64,000 bases of DNA from an uncultured Gammaproteobacteria bacterium (GCA_964596525.1 CAZQUL010000001.1:1079723-1143722), one strand, 5' to 3'. Positions 39,157 through 49,914 are shown, numbered from the stretch's first letter. The notes: generated from the sequence alone by a model not told the origin. Numbers and translations are program-made.

Positions 39157-39193
39157 ACGAAGAGTTGACAACGTTTGAAGGGGGTGTTTAGGT

Positions 39194-39550
39194 GTGCCGG
39201 GAGGTACCAACCACATGTCCACGGGATACATCATCCAGAACGCTACAATGTTGACGCTCGGTGATGACATCACCGGCCTTATCGGCACAATTGACAATGT
39301 CGTATTTACCTTCGACATCCGTTATTCAGCTGGGAGCCGGGAAATAACCTGGAACATCTTCCGCGGCACCGCTATTTTCCAAACTGCGGCCGTCAAAGCA
39401 AAGCATCTGTTCGTCCATCATAACGTGCAGGTACACATTCCGAGGTGCGTTTATACGCGTCTCGGCACGTACCGCGGAGCCGTTGACCGTATTGATTTGT
39501 CACGCCGGGAGTACCCGGGCATCTCGGGCCTACCGCGTATCATGCCCTAA
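39194..39550 (+). CDS. Possible small hypothetical protein (118 aa) in rarA-cls intergenic region
   Basis: Only ORF in a ~420 bp gap. No motif. Confidence 0.25.
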   Translation: MPGGTNHMSTGYIIQNATMLTLGDDITGLIGTIDNVVFTFDIRYSAGSREITWNIFRGTAIFQTAAVKAKHLFVHHNVQVHIPRCVYTRLGTYRGAVDRIDLSRREYPGISGLPRIMP

Positions 39551-39580
39551 AAAACCAACCCCGCCACGAGCGGGGTTTAT
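39547..39580 (-). terminator. Rho-independent terminator overlapping the cls stop
   Basis: On the minus strand: aaccccgctcgtggcggggtt followed by ggtttttt. Confidence 0.5.
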
Positions 39581-40755
39581 ACATAGTCCTGAAAGTAGCG
39601 AACGAGCCAGTTGACGATGCCGGTGCGTATACGCCGCTTTTTTTGGCCACTTTCGGCCACGTGCGCCGAGCGCGATTTCCATTCTTCGATCACCTGACGC
39701 AATGGCTCGACCAAACCCGGTTCCGTGAAGTACACGTCGGATTCGGCATTGGCGAAAAAACTGCGCTTCGTGAAATTGGAACTGCCGACAAGACCGGCTT
39801 CTCCATCAACCAAGAATCCCTTGGCATGGTTCATCTTAGGCAAGAGATAGATGGTTGCCCCGAGGCGCTCGGAGACTTCGAGGAAGTAGTACGCCATGTA
39901 GTCGAGGAAGCGGTGGTCAGAACGCAGCGGTGTGATGATTTCCACTTCCACACCCCGACGGCGCGCTTCCACGAGGGCGTTGAGGAATTTCTTGTACGGG
40001 ATGTAGTAGGGCGTGATGAGGGTGAATTTCTTTTGGGCGCGAGCAACGGCTTTAAGGTAAAACGAACGTACAAAGCGACGGTCTGACCCGCGGTGCGGTG
40101 CCATAGCGAGAAACATAAACCTCTCCCACCCCACCGGACGTTCGGACTTGGCACCGTCCGCCGAAAGGTACCGGCTAACTGCTGCCCGCTCACCACCCGA
40201 AGCTACGAATGTTTCGGCGAAGTCGCGGATAAGCGGCGCCACCACCGGACCATCGAGTCGTACATGCAGATCATTCCACTCGGTGGCAGTAAACGTAATA
40301 TTCACCCCACCCATGAAAGCCGTGATTTCATCGATGATGAGCACTTTGCGATGATTGCGATACCACAACCGAGCGACCCAGCGCATGAGGCGCCACTCGA
40401 AATGCACCGGATTGTAGAATAGCACCATCACCCCGGCAGCGCGCAGACGATCAATGGCGGTTTTGCTCAAAAATCGACCGCCGATGGTATCGACGATAAG
40501 TTTCACTTCCACGTTAGCCTGCGCTTTTTCCACCAAGAGATCGACAAACCGCTGACCGGCGCGATCGTCAGCAAAAATATACACCTCCCACAAGATGGAG
40601 CGAGTGGCGCCTTTGAGCGCTTCGTACATGGCGTTCCAGGCCGTTTGAGTTGTGCTGTAGAGTTCAAACACAGTAGGACTCCTAACCAAAAGGATTTTAT
40701 TGATGTTCAACGCGATAGATTGCACCCGCTTTATCATCAGAGATGTAGAGCGCAC
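39577..40755 (-). CDS. Phospholipase D-family cardiolipin synthase (two HKD motifs)
   Basis: HRKVLIIDE... and HAKGFLVDGEAGLVGSSNF. Confidence 0.75.
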   Translation of the reverse strand: MRSTSLMIKRVQSIALNINKILLVRSPTVFELYSTTQTAWNAMYEALKGATRSILWEVYIFADDRAGQRFVDLLVEKAQANVEVKLIVDTIGGRFLSKTAIDRLRAAGVMVLFYNPVHFEWRLMRWVARLWYRNHRKVLIIDEITAFMGGVNITFTATEWNDLHVRLDGPVVAPLIRDFAETFVASGGERAAVSRYLSADGAKSERPVGWERFMFLAMAPHRGSDRRFVRSFYLKAVARAQKKFTLITPYYIPYKKFLNALVEARRRGVEVEIITPLRSDHRFLDYMAYYFLEVSERLGATIYLLPKMNHAKGFLVDGEAGLVGSSNFTKRSFFANAESDVYFTEPGLVEPLRQVIEEWKSRSAHVAESGQKKRRIRTGIVNWLVRYFQDYV

Positions 40756-41938
40756 TATCCGATCCCCACACTAAATCAACAGGGCGGCCGAAGGTTTCGT
40801 TTGGTTTAAGCCAACCGCTTATAAACGGTTCGGAGGAATAATACCGCCCGTTGGCATCTAATTTCAAGCGTACCACCTCATAACCTACCGGTTTAGTGCT
40901 ATTCCACGAGCCATGGAAAGCTACGAGGGCGTGGTAACGGTAACTTTCGGGCCAGGAACTATCCGGCGAAACGAATGTAATGCCAAGTGGGGCCACATGA
41001 GCCGGAAGGTTAACATGCGCCGGTGTAAAACGTGAACTAGCGCACGGATTGTTGACAGTATCGCGGTTGAACGCGGCGTCGCGCACATTGTTGCCATAAC
41101 ACCACGGCCAGCCGTAGTGCGCTCCCTCGGTAACAATGTTCACTTCGTCGGGCGGGGTGGTATTACCCAAAAAATCCCGGCCCATTTCGGTAACCCACAA
41201 GTTTTTGAGCGTCGGATGCCAGGCCATGAATACGGCATTGCGCAACCCTTCGGCAATGGTGCGGCGATCCGTACCATCAGGTTTGACAGACTCGATAGTT
41301 GCGAGGCGAGGTTCTTTTTCTACGCAGACATCACAGCTCGAACCAAGTGAAATATACAAACGCCCATCCGGACCGAAACTGAGCGTGCGCGTGGTGTGGC
41401 GGCCACCAGCGGGAAAATCGAGAATTTTTACCGGCGAACTAGAGGTGTACACTTCGAGCCGGTAGAGCGCGGTTTCGGTGGCGATATAGAGATTTGAAGG
41501 GTGTGACGGGTCAAACGCGAGACCGTGCGGTTTGCGGAGGTTTTTGAGCACCACTTCCCTGTCCACCACACGACCACGCGAGATATCGAGACGGACAAGC
41601 GTTCCCTGGTTGAGGAGCGTTACCCAAAGATTGCCAAGTTCGTCGAACGCTATAACGCGCGCACCCGGAAGATCGGCAGCGAATGCCTGGATAGTGAATC
41701 CGGCAGGAACGGTGAGTGGTACCGCGGGCAGGGGTTCGCGCATGGTAGTCGAAGCGTTCGGAGCAGAACTCGTGGCGACCGTCGTGGTAGACGGAACATA
41801 TTTCCAGATTGGCGTACGGGGTGACCGCCAGGCTACGTAGGCTCCGTAGAGCGCCGGATACGCATACCACAACGCCATACCGATGGCTACAATCAGAACA
41901 AATCCCAAAATAGCAACAAAACGTTTGTTCATACGCAT
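40697..41938 (-). CDS. PQQ-dependent soluble sugar (glucose/sorbosone) dehydrogenase-family beta-propeller
   Basis: N-terminal TM anchor, LRKPHGLAFDP, GPDGRLYIS, HYGWPWCYG motifs. Confidence 0.6.
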   Translation of the reverse strand: MRMNKRFVAILGFVLIVAIGMALWYAYPALYGAYVAWRSPRTPIWKYVPSTTTVATSSAPNASTTMREPLPAVPLTVPAGFTIQAFAADLPGARVIAFDELGNLWVTLLNQGTLVRLDISRGRVVDREVVLKNLRKPHGLAFDPSHPSNLYIATETALYRLEVYTSSSPVKILDFPAGGRHTTRTLSFGPDGRLYISLGSSCDVCVEKEPRLATIESVKPDGTDRRTIAEGLRNAVFMAWHPTLKNLWVTEMGRDFLGNTTPPDEVNIVTEGAHYGWPWCYGNNVRDAAFNRDTVNNPCASSRFTPAHVNLPAHVAPLGITFVSPDSSWPESYRYHALVAFHGSWNSTKPVGYEVVRLKLDANGRYYSSEPFISGWLKPNETFGRPVDLVWGSDSALYISDDKAGAIYRVEHQ

Positions 41939-41956
41939 ATAGGTAGTGACGAAGGA

Positions 41957-44900
41957 TTAGCTGACGAATTGATTCGCCTCTTCTTCGATAATTTGAGCGA
42001 TATTAAGCGGCGTGCCACGAGCGAGATCGGGTAATAAGCGGCGCATGCGTTCGCGGATATTTTTTTCCAAGTCCGGCCGGCGATACTCAGGAACGAAGGC
42101 TTTTACCGCTTCATCCTGGGCAATCATCTCTGGCAATTCGTTCCAAGCTTTAACCGCGGTATCGACCCAGGTATCGGTGGCTGCGAGCCCAAGCTCACCT
42201 ACTTCGCGAGAGCGGGCCAAATTTTTTACACGTGAAAGCAGATCAACGAGTTGTTTCTCGTACGCCGGGCGCTGCCAACCCATCTGAATATCTGCCTGCT
42301 GTATTTTAGTACCCGCTTCGACGAATATTCTCTTGGTCTCAGCTTTCTTTGTGGACAGACGGGCGCTGCGTTCCGCTTTACTTTTTTCTGTCTCAGCTTT
42401 ACCAGCTACTGCGGTTTCGGGAATGGCATTGATGATATTGATCATGAAGTCAATCTGTTCACGAAGCGCTTTCTTGAAACCTTTGATATCGGCAACCATT
42501 GCTTCTCTGGTTTCAAAGGATTCTTCGTATTTACGCTGCTCTCGGTCGCGCGTCATAAACTCCTCGCTACGCGGACGAAGATCGGCTTTACTTATTGCTT
42601 GAGCCCCACGCTCTGGAACCCCTTCCTTTTTCTGGCCGAACGACAAACCAGACGTAAGACGTTTATGCGCCACGCGCACCTCGGTTTCCAAGCGGGAAAC
42701 ATCGTCTTTAAATAAAGCTGGTTCAACTATCGAACCGTGCGTTCGTCCGGTTTCTATCGTATCTCTAAGCGCCTTTAAACGGTCGTAGAAATCAGCGCGT
42801 TCATACACCGCCTTTCCAAAAGCCGAGGACTCGAGCATACGTTCGATATCAACGCAACGCACTTTAAACGGCTCTATTTCCTGGTACACTTCGGCCATTT
42901 TTTTCTTACGGTATTCAAGGGCATCTTCGATTCGTTCCAGTATTGCCAATGCGGATTGAGGGTTGGGAGCAGTAGCTAGCTGCTCGGAATTAAAATCATA
43001 GAGCAGTGTGCTGTTTTTGAACACGTAATCTTTAGCAAGACGAAAATCCCGAATCAACGTATTGCTAGGATCACCCAAAAATCCGTACTCACGCCGCAGC
43101 TTGTAATTTTTCTCGTCGCTTAGACGCTCGAGCATTGTGCCCACCCGGCGCATGGCGGCAACCGCTTCGGCAGAGCGTTCCTCCGCTTCTTTACGCTGCT
43201 TCTCTTGGCGCGCCAGGTCCTCCTGGCGCTGATGCATGTCGGCCAAGGATCTTTCTGCCTGCTCACGCGTGCTGTAATATGCGCTAACGACTTTGGTTGT
43301 ACCCTCAAGGTATATCATATTGACGCCCGGGTACGCGAGAAGCGGGCGATCTTTAAAATCAATACCGAATTCCTGCGCTCGATGTGGCAACTTATCGATA
43401 GAATCCGGGGCAACAAAATCACGTAGGTTACCGAGCATTTCTGGGGCCGGTTTAGTCCAAGTCAGCCACATCTGTTCGCGCTCCGAGGCAAATAAGCGCT
43501 CCTGCATTTTTTCGAGTTCACCAGCTTCCCTAGTCAGGCTCGACTCATAATAACTACGGAAAGGACTTCTCTTCTGGTACACGTCGCATGATACCTGAAC
43601 GGTTGCCTGCTTTTCTGGCAATCCCAATTTCGGCAAATCCGCTTTTCTAAGTTTAAATAGGAATTCTTGGGACGGCAGGTTAATAACGGCCCGGTAGCCC
43701 CCCTGTGCGTCAAGGTAATAGTCTACACGGCACACTTCTCCCTTAAGAGGCACTTCGGTCGGGCAGTACTCACGAACCATGTCGAGCTGCTCTTCGGAAC
43801 AAATTTCATCCTTTGGCACAACAAGATCACGGCTATGCTTTTCAACTCCAGCAAGATCTTCAATGCCAAGCTCAGCCAATTTTTTACGATACCATTCCTC
43901 TAAATCGGGAACTTCTACAACTCCCCCGCTCAATTCTACAAACGGCTGCACTTCTTTGATAGCCTGATAGTTGTCGCGAATGAATCGCAGTGCTGGTTTT
44001 TTGTCCGCAATAAATGCACCTTCCCCGGCAGCAAACGTGCGAGCGAGCACTTCTCGCGCTTTTTCCTGCGGAAGTTCGCGCTTACGCTCGCCAACACGAA
44101 TGGCGGAGCGCTTAAGGAAGACCGGTACTTCTTCGACGACCGTGCCGGTTTCCCACGACAGATGCGGTTCGGTATTCCCACCATGAGCCCCCTGCCGCTC
44201 TTCGGTAAGATGCGGCACCATTTCGGCAATTAGTTCGCGGGGAACAGGATGAATCATACGGACATAAGCACGCGGCGCTTCACGGTCGTCTTCACGCCCT
44301 TGAGCGTCTTCTGGCGTATCGCTTATAAACAACTCGGGAGGAGAACCCGCACCTTCTGACGACGAGGAAATCAAAATGGACTTATGTTCAGCACCACCAA
44401 CACGAACATACCGGGCCACACGACCACGTCCATAGCTATCCGCCCCCCGATACGCCAAACGATCGGCATGGCTCGCGAGAAGTGCTCGTGTAAGATTTTC
44501 GAGTTTTTCTTCGCCCGGAGTTTTGGGTTTTTTATTTTCAAAACGAGTTATGCCCCCTACATCACGCGGTTCTTCTTCGTCCTCATCGTTATACCCTGCC
44601 TTATCGTCTGGGAATACATCATCAAGGCGCTTTCTCATCGCTTCCCAATCGAAATCAAGCTTTTCACGCTCCCCGGCAGCAATTTTTGTTTCTGCGGCTT
44701 TAAGGGCATCCGGCGCGTATTTCATGAAGTCTTGCAGACGCGCCGCGGCATGCAGCATGGCTTCGCATTTTACGTAGCGCTGGCGGCACCAGTTTTCAAA
44801 CGACCGTCGAGCGTACATACCCGAGGGCGAGCGGTCGGTCCGCAGCGCTTCCGCCAAACCGTTTTCAAGCGCGACTTTAAACAGTTTGAGGAGTTTGAAG

Positions 44901-46600
44901 TAATCGGAATTGCCGACTTTAAAGCATTCTTGCGCTTTGGCTACCTGTTTACGCGCTGCTTCGATTTTTTCTTTTTTATCCCGCCCGGGCGCTACCGCGA
45001 TATCCGCATCGCTTGGCCCGACAAAAAGACGGTCTTCGCGCATAAAAGCCGCCAAGGCTAAGGCTTCTTCCAAACACTTATGCCGTTCTCCTTCCAAAAC
45101 CAAAAGGGCGGTATGAGGTTCAAAATGATCGAGCTTCATCATTTCTACGCCGCGAGCGGTAGTACGATCGGCTTCGTCAATTGCCCCCAGCAGACGGAGT
45201 TCCTGTTCGCCACGCGCAATACTGCCTTGTTCTGGCGGATGACGGAAATAAAAACTCTTCGGATCGCGGCCCATGGCCCTAATCTTTAAAATAGGATGCG
45301 CAAGATTGGCATGAAGTATTTCCGGTTCAGGAAATTCCGGCAAACGATCGTACACCTCTTTGGGTTCGATACAATAGTAAGCGCCCTCTGCCGTGCGACC
45401 GCTCCGACCTGCGCGCTGTTTGGCCTGCATGCGGGAAATAAAGGTAGTGCCTTTGTGCACCATCCCGTCATGCGAATCAAAGCGCGCCGAGCGTTCACGG
45501 AGCGTATCGACCACATGACGAATACCTGGGCGTGTAATGGATGTTTCCGCGACGTTCGTAGCCACGACGATGCTGCGCCGATCATGCCGGGTACTGCTTA
45601 AACCCAAAGCATATGCGCGTTCGGCCGGACTCATTTGGCCATGCAGGCCGAGGATTTCAAAATCGGACACGTGCTTAAGGCGGTTCGTGACATAGCGAAT
45701 TTCGGATGGACCGGGAACAAAGACTAACGTATCGCCTTCTTTAGTATCGTGCACCACCTGGCTCACAAGATTAACCGTGCGGTCGAGGTAATTGCGTCCG
45801 TATTCGGGTCGGGCAGGGTCGAATTCGGCCTGCGCTTCGGGATCGGCGAAATGTTCGGTAATACGATGCTTACGTCCCTCGATGGAGAAAAAGCGTTCCT
45901 TTCCTACACCGAAAAACTGTCCGGTCTGCTCTTTATCCATAGTCGCGCTCATCATAAGTGCCAGAGGCAGCTCATTCTTTGCGCGCAGTTCTTTGGCAAT
46001 GCCGAGCACAAGGTCATAATCGAGGCTCGCTTGATGCACTTCGTCGATGATAATGCCGCCGATTTCACGGGGATTGATGTACCCGCTTTTCAGGTAGCGC
46101 AAAAAAATGCCCGGCGTTACGACGCTGATTTTACTGAAAGGCTTTACCATGTTCGCCTCTGCCGTGGAATACCCCACATCTTTGCCAAACGGTACGCCCA
46201 TCACGGCTGCCACGTTTTCGCTCGACTGGCGCGCGGCATCTTTGCGCGGCTGCATGACGATGATTTTCTCCGGTCGTTTCAAATCACGCAAGGCGTTCAT
46301 CATGGCCACCGGACCATAAATTGATTTACCCACACCCGTTTCACCTTCCAAAAGAAGCACACCATCGGTCTCAGCCGCAGCGGTAAGGGCACGGGCTACG
46401 TCGGGCATTTTTTCGGCCATCGGCAGGCGCTGCTCTTCGATGCGCGCTTTGAGCGCTCGCTGGCGTTCGGGCACGGAGAAATACTCGTACTCCCGCCGTT
46501 CTTCGCCAGGCTCAACATTTTCGTCAGAATTTTCACCACCGTAGTCCTGTCCTTCGGCGCGGGTAGCCGGACGACGATGAGTAAAAAAAGATTCAGCCAT
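41957..46600 (-). CDS. Giant DEAH-box (HrpA-like) ATP-dependent helicase with ~900-aa C-terminal extension (1547 aa)
   Basis: EGETGVGKS (Walker A), IIDEVHQAS (DEVH box), and helicase-C motifs TNVAETSIT, QRAGRSGR. C-terminal two-thirds is coiled-coil-rich with no recognisable domain. Confidence 0.7.
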   Translation of the reverse strand: MAESFFTHRRPATRAEGQDYGGENSDENVEPGEERREYEYFSVPERQRALKARIEEQRLPMAEKMPDVARALTAAAETDGVLLLEGETGVGKSIYGPVAMMNALRDLKRPEKIIVMQPRKDAARQSSENVAAVMGVPFGKDVGYSTAEANMVKPFSKISVVTPGIFLRYLKSGYINPREIGGIIIDEVHQASLDYDLVLGIAKELRAKNELPLALMMSATMDKEQTGQFFGVGKERFFSIEGRKHRITEHFADPEAQAEFDPARPEYGRNYLDRTVNLVSQVVHDTKEGDTLVFVPGPSEIRYVTNRLKHVSDFEILGLHGQMSPAERAYALGLSSTRHDRRSIVVATNVAETSITRPGIRHVVDTLRERSARFDSHDGMVHKGTTFISRMQAKQRAGRSGRTAEGAYYCIEPKEVYDRLPEFPEPEILHANLAHPILKIRAMGRDPKSFYFRHPPEQGSIARGEQELRLLGAIDEADRTTARGVEMMKLDHFEPHTALLVLEGERHKCLEEALALAAFMREDRLFVGPSDADIAVAPGRDKKEKIEAARKQVAKAQECFKVGNSDYFKLLKLFKVALENGLAEALRTDRSPSGMYARRSFENWCRQRYVKCEAMLHAAARLQDFMKYAPDALKAAETKIAAGEREKLDFDWEAMRKRLDDVFPDDKAGYNDEDEEEPRDVGGITRFENKKPKTPGEEKLENLTRALLASHADRLAYRGADSYGRGRVARYVRVGGAEHKSILISSSSEGAGSPPELFISDTPEDAQGREDDREAPRAYVRMIHPVPRELIAEMVPHLTEERQGAHGGNTEPHLSWETGTVVEEVPVFLKRSAIRVGERKRELPQEKAREVLARTFAAGEGAFIADKKPALRFIRDNYQAIKEVQPFVELSGGVVEVPDLEEWYRKKLAELGIEDLAGVEKHSRDLVVPKDEICSEEQLDMVREYCPTEVPLKGEVCRVDYYLDAQGGYRAVINLPSQEFLFKLRKADLPKLGLPEKQATVQVSCDVYQKRSPFRSYYESSLTREAGELEKMQERLFASEREQMWLTWTKPAPEMLGNLRDFVAPDSIDKLPHRAQEFGIDFKDRPLLAYPGVNMIYLEGTTKVVSAYYSTREQAERSLADMHQRQEDLARQEKQRKEAEERSAEAVAAMRRVGTMLERLSDEKNYKLRREYGFLGDPSNTLIRDFRLAKDYVFKNSTLLYDFNSEQLATAPNPQSALAILERIEDALEYRKKKMAEVYQEIEPFKVRCVDIERMLESSAFGKAVYERADFYDRLKALRDTIETGRTHGSIVEPALFKDDVSRLETEVRVAHKRLTSGLSFGQKKEGVPERGAQAISKADLRPRSEEFMTRDREQRKYEESFETREAMVADIKGFKKALREQIDFMINIINAIPETAVAGKAETEKSKAERSARLSTKKAETKRIFVEAGTKIQQADIQMGWQRPAYEKQLVDLLSRVKNLARSREVGELGLAATDTWVDTAVKAWNELPEMIAQDEAVKAFVPEYRRPDLEKNIRERMRRLLPDLARGTPLNIAQIIEEEANQFVS

Positions 46601-46609
46601 AAAGAAAAC

Positions 46610-47239
46610 TTAGGAATGACGATAGATAAGAGGGAGCCCTGCCGCAAGAACCGCATCGGCCGCAAGCATGACCGGAAGCACCGGCGCTTCACCTTGCATA
46701 AACACTTCATCAACATCGCGCATCCGCTCGCGGATACGTTTCATGAATTCTTTCAACCGATCCTCCCGGCGAGCAGCTTGCACACCCGACCATACTATAG
46801 CGAGATCAATACTGGCTTCGCTGCCCTGTTCAACGGGCGGCATCTTTTCGTACTCGTGTAGATCCCGCTCTGTAACCACGAAGGGGAGTTCTACCGTCGG
46901 CGGGTGGATGAAATACCGAGGATCAAGCCGCGAAAAAATCAGATATGAGCGGGGTGCATCGGTCCGTTCGCGCCAGGTTAAATCTGTTACGCGGTTGCGC
47001 AGTACTTTAAAAAGTGGAATGGATAGCGCAGACGAAACTTCACCAACAAGCTCGAGCGGCCCACTACCCACTTCGTCGCCAATTTTTTTGACAATTTGAT
47101 CGATGCGTTCGGGTGTAAGTACGGCACGCGACAAAGCCGGCGCAGACAACGACAGAGTCCGATAGACAATCAATTCTTCGCCACGAAGCAAGGCGGTCGA
47201 CATACGTAAAAAATTAGACGAATAGTTTTTTGAACGCAT
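46610..47239 (-). CDS. Hypothetical protein (209 aa)
   Basis: ORF between the helicase and the transporter; no motif. Confidence 0.35.
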   Translation of the reverse strand: MRSKNYSSNFLRMSTALLRGEELIVYRTLSLSAPALSRAVLTPERIDQIVKKIGDEVGSGPLELVGEVSSALSIPLFKVLRNRVTDLTWRERTDAPRSYLIFSRLDPRYFIHPPTVELPFVVTERDLHEYEKMPPVEQGSEASIDLAIVWSGVQAARREDRLKEFMKRIRERMRDVDEVFMQGEAPVLPVMLAADAVLAAGLPLIYRHS

Positions 47240-48635
47240 CCACGAGCGTTACTGCGCTGAACACCCCAAAAATAAGAAATGCGAGCCCAAGGCCAACACG
47301 ACGCCACAACGCCGGCTGGACGCTCGCAGGCAAAGTACGGTAATTGAGCACACTCACCAACGCGATATGGACAAACATGGCAAACGCGTTCGCCACCGCT
47401 CCTAGCACGATAAGTGATTTAGGATCAGCGGTGGTAAACAAGAGAAGCGCACTACCGACCGCGATCTGCAACCAGACGACGATGGCGTACCAGCGCGACA
47501 GATTGAAATACCCCTGCTCCTTGCGCTTAAGATGCTGCAATGCAATATTTTCGGCAATGATGCGTGACGTGGAATCGAGCACGCCGAGCTGGGTTTGAAA
47601 AAGCATTACACCGACCACTGCCAAGAAACTCACACCCACCCACGGACCAATTCGCTCGGCAAGAGTAGCACCTTCGGTGATGACAAAGTGGATCCCTTCA
47701 CGGTTGGAAGGTGCGCCGTACGCTGTCGCATATGCCAGGAGCATAAGCAGCGCCATGGCCCACGCGCCCAAAAAGAAAAACACGAAGCCATGTTCAGTGT
47801 TTATTTTCCGCCACCATTGTTTGAACATGTTTACTTCGGAGGGCGTGTCGGCCATCGTTTCTCCGGCCAGACGAATAAACTGCGGCTTCTTAAGGCCAGA
47901 AAAAAGCCCGGCGATTTTCTCCGCATAACGACCCATGCCGTATCCCTTTTCTTTCACATAAACTGACTGCGCTAAGTTTAAATTGCCGGCCGCGCCCGAA
48001 TACGCAAAAGCGCCAAAAAACGTCGCGATACTCATGCCGGACGGAAAAAACCAGTACCCTTCTCCCCTACCAGCGAGACCCCAAGCGAGCGCTGCCCAGT
48101 CCGTGTGGCGGGCCACCACAAAAGTGAGCACAATCAAAAACGGCAAACCGCAAAAAATGATTATCCGTGTCAGACCTTCTACAAGCGTATACACATGCCG
48201 CCCGACACTAAGGATGAGACCGATAACAACCAGGAGTACGGCCGCAAGCGGTCGATACTGTGTAATGCCGATAAGCGATGCAAAAACTTGGGCCGATGCG
48301 CCAATGATACCTGGCAGCGCAAAACCCAGAAACGTTGAACCCATAAACCACCACGTCGTCCACGGGTACCGTGCCGAGAGCCCCACGAATACGCTCTCGC
48401 CTTTTACCAGCGCATAGCGCTCGATTTCCATGTTAATGAGAAACTGCAAGCCAATACCCAACACCGCCCCCCAAGCGATTCCCAACCCATAATTTGCCGC
48501 AAGATACGGCCACAAAATAACCTCACCCGACCCCAGACCAAGCGCTAGCATGATAAAACTTGGGCCAAGCAGTTTTGTAAGTGACGGCGCGGGCGGCATG
48601 GGCTTAACGAGCTGTACGGACATACAAACAAACAC
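47214..48635 (-). CDS. Nramp-family-like polytopic transporter with non-canonical metal-site motifs
   Basis: LGPSFIMLALGLGSGEVILWPY aligns with Nramp GPGFLMSIAYIDPGN but lacks DPGN. ~11 TM helices. Confidence 0.45.
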   Translation of the reverse strand: MFVCMSVQLVKPMPPAPSLTKLLGPSFIMLALGLGSGEVILWPYLAANYGLGIAWGAVLGIGLQFLINMEIERYALVKGESVFVGLSARYPWTTWWFMGSTFLGFALPGIIGASAQVFASLIGITQYRPLAAVLLVVIGLILSVGRHVYTLVEGLTRIIIFCGLPFLIVLTFVVARHTDWAALAWGLAGRGEGYWFFPSGMSIATFFGAFAYSGAAGNLNLAQSVYVKEKGYGMGRYAEKIAGLFSGLKKPQFIRLAGETMADTPSEVNMFKQWWRKINTEHGFVFFFLGAWAMALLMLLAYATAYGAPSNREGIHFVITEGATLAERIGPWVGVSFLAVVGVMLFQTQLGVLDSTSRIIAENIALQHLKRKEQGYFNLSRWYAIVVWLQIAVGSALLLFTTADPKSLIVLGAVANAFAMFVHIALVSVLNYRTLPASVQPALWRRVGLGLAFLIFGVFSAVTLVDAFKKLFV

Positions 48636-48784
48636 GAGAAATAGTTATCTTAGAATACCACAAAAAATCAGTAGTGTCAGGCAGATTTTTACTATCAAAA
48701 ACCTTCGCATTAGACTTGAAAAAACGTGTTTTAATCCTAAAAAGCCACCCACCTACAAGCTGCCAGCTTATCCTCGCCAACTAT

Positions 48785-48812
48785 TGACACAAGGCACGAA
48801 TTATGATATAGT
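48785..48812 (+). promoter_or_regulatory. Sigma70-type promoter (TTGACA-16-TATAGT)
   Basis: ctaTTGACAcaaggcacgaattatgaTATAGTtg, upstream of the lytic transglycosylase gene. Confidence 0.4.
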
Positions 48813-48928
48813 TGCTTATTAAAAATAAGCCATTTGTGGCTTAAAATCATGGTTTATCGATGCAGAAGCACCCTTCTTCATCGGCCAATCATGGCCTGTG
48901 TTCATTCACATCATCTGGGAGATACCCG

Positions 48929-49909
48929 ATGCCGAAGTACTTGACGAACCTACTCCTTCTGGGAGTGATCATCGTCATCATGGCTACGAACACCGCGGCA
49001 GCGCAAAAAATCTGCCACGTGGAAAGGAACAAGCAAGGAAAAGTAACCATGAGCATGGTAGTGGTGTCGGAAAGCTCGCCGTGCCCTGACCACATGGTCG
49101 AGTATCGACGCGTCGAGGACCCGCACTACACCACCAACAAAACCGATCGAAATCTGGCCAAAGGACTCACCTCCGCATTGGCCTGGAAGGATGGCAAAAA
49201 CATCGGACAGCTCCACACCGAGTGCGTGGCCCGCTGGGGAGATAAGAGAACGTTCTTCAAGAATCACTACCAGCACGGTATGTTCGACAAAGAGTACATC
49301 GAAGCGGTTTGGATCGCTAACCAGGACCTGATCATGTCCTTGCAAAGCTTCCATGCCCGGCGTAACAAGCTCTTCGAACTTGCAGCTGCCCAAAAAGGCT
49401 TCGCGGATCGTGAATCCAGCAACTACCCGTGCTCCACGTCGAGCGCGGGTGCGTGGGGACTTATGCAAGTCGTCGAAAGCTCGTACAAGAGCGAGTGTCG
49501 AACACTCGGCATCCTGGGAACGACCGACAAACGCAACCTGCCGAACCCCTACGGCACCACTGCCAAAGATATCGCCTGCGGCGCGTTTGAACTCCGCTTC
49601 AAGCTCGAGTACGTAGCGGGCAAGGTGCGCCAAGGGCACGCCGGTGGCGTTCGCCTCGATCCTTCGCGGATCGTGGAGTACTGGGCGGCAGCGTACAACG
49701 CCGGTACAGCCGAATTCCACAGCCGAAACCTTGGCTGGGGCGGCTGGCTCCGCAACCCTACAGGAAGGAGTGACATCGGCGACTACGCACGAAAAGTCGC
49801 CCAAAGCAGACAGCACCACCTCTCAGACTCCCGCTGGTTCGACACCCACGTGTCGCCCTCGGGAGACCTCAACCAAATCTACTTCGCGCTCAAAGCAGGC
49901 GTGCGGTAG
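48929..49909 (+). CDS. Secreted lytic transglycosylase (SLT domain)
   Basis: Signal/TM MPKYLTNLLLLGVIIVIMATNTAAAQ, GAWGLMQVVESSYKSE and AAAYNAGTAEF SLT motifs. Confidence 0.65.
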   Translation: MPKYLTNLLLLGVIIVIMATNTAAAQKICHVERNKQGKVTMSMVVVSESSPCPDHMVEYRRVEDPHYTTNKTDRNLAKGLTSALAWKDGKNIGQLHTECVARWGDKRTFFKNHYQHGMFDKEYIEAVWIANQDLIMSLQSFHARRNKLFELAAAQKGFADRESSNYPCSTSSAGAWGLMQVVESSYKSECRTLGILGTTDKRNLPNPYGTTAKDIACGAFELRFKLEYVAGKVRQGHAGGVRLDPSRIVEYWAAAYNAGTAEFHSRNLGWGGWLRNPTGRSDIGDYARKVAQSRQHHLSDSRWFDTHVSPSGDLNQIYFALKAGVR

Positions 49910-49914
49910 TGGCG

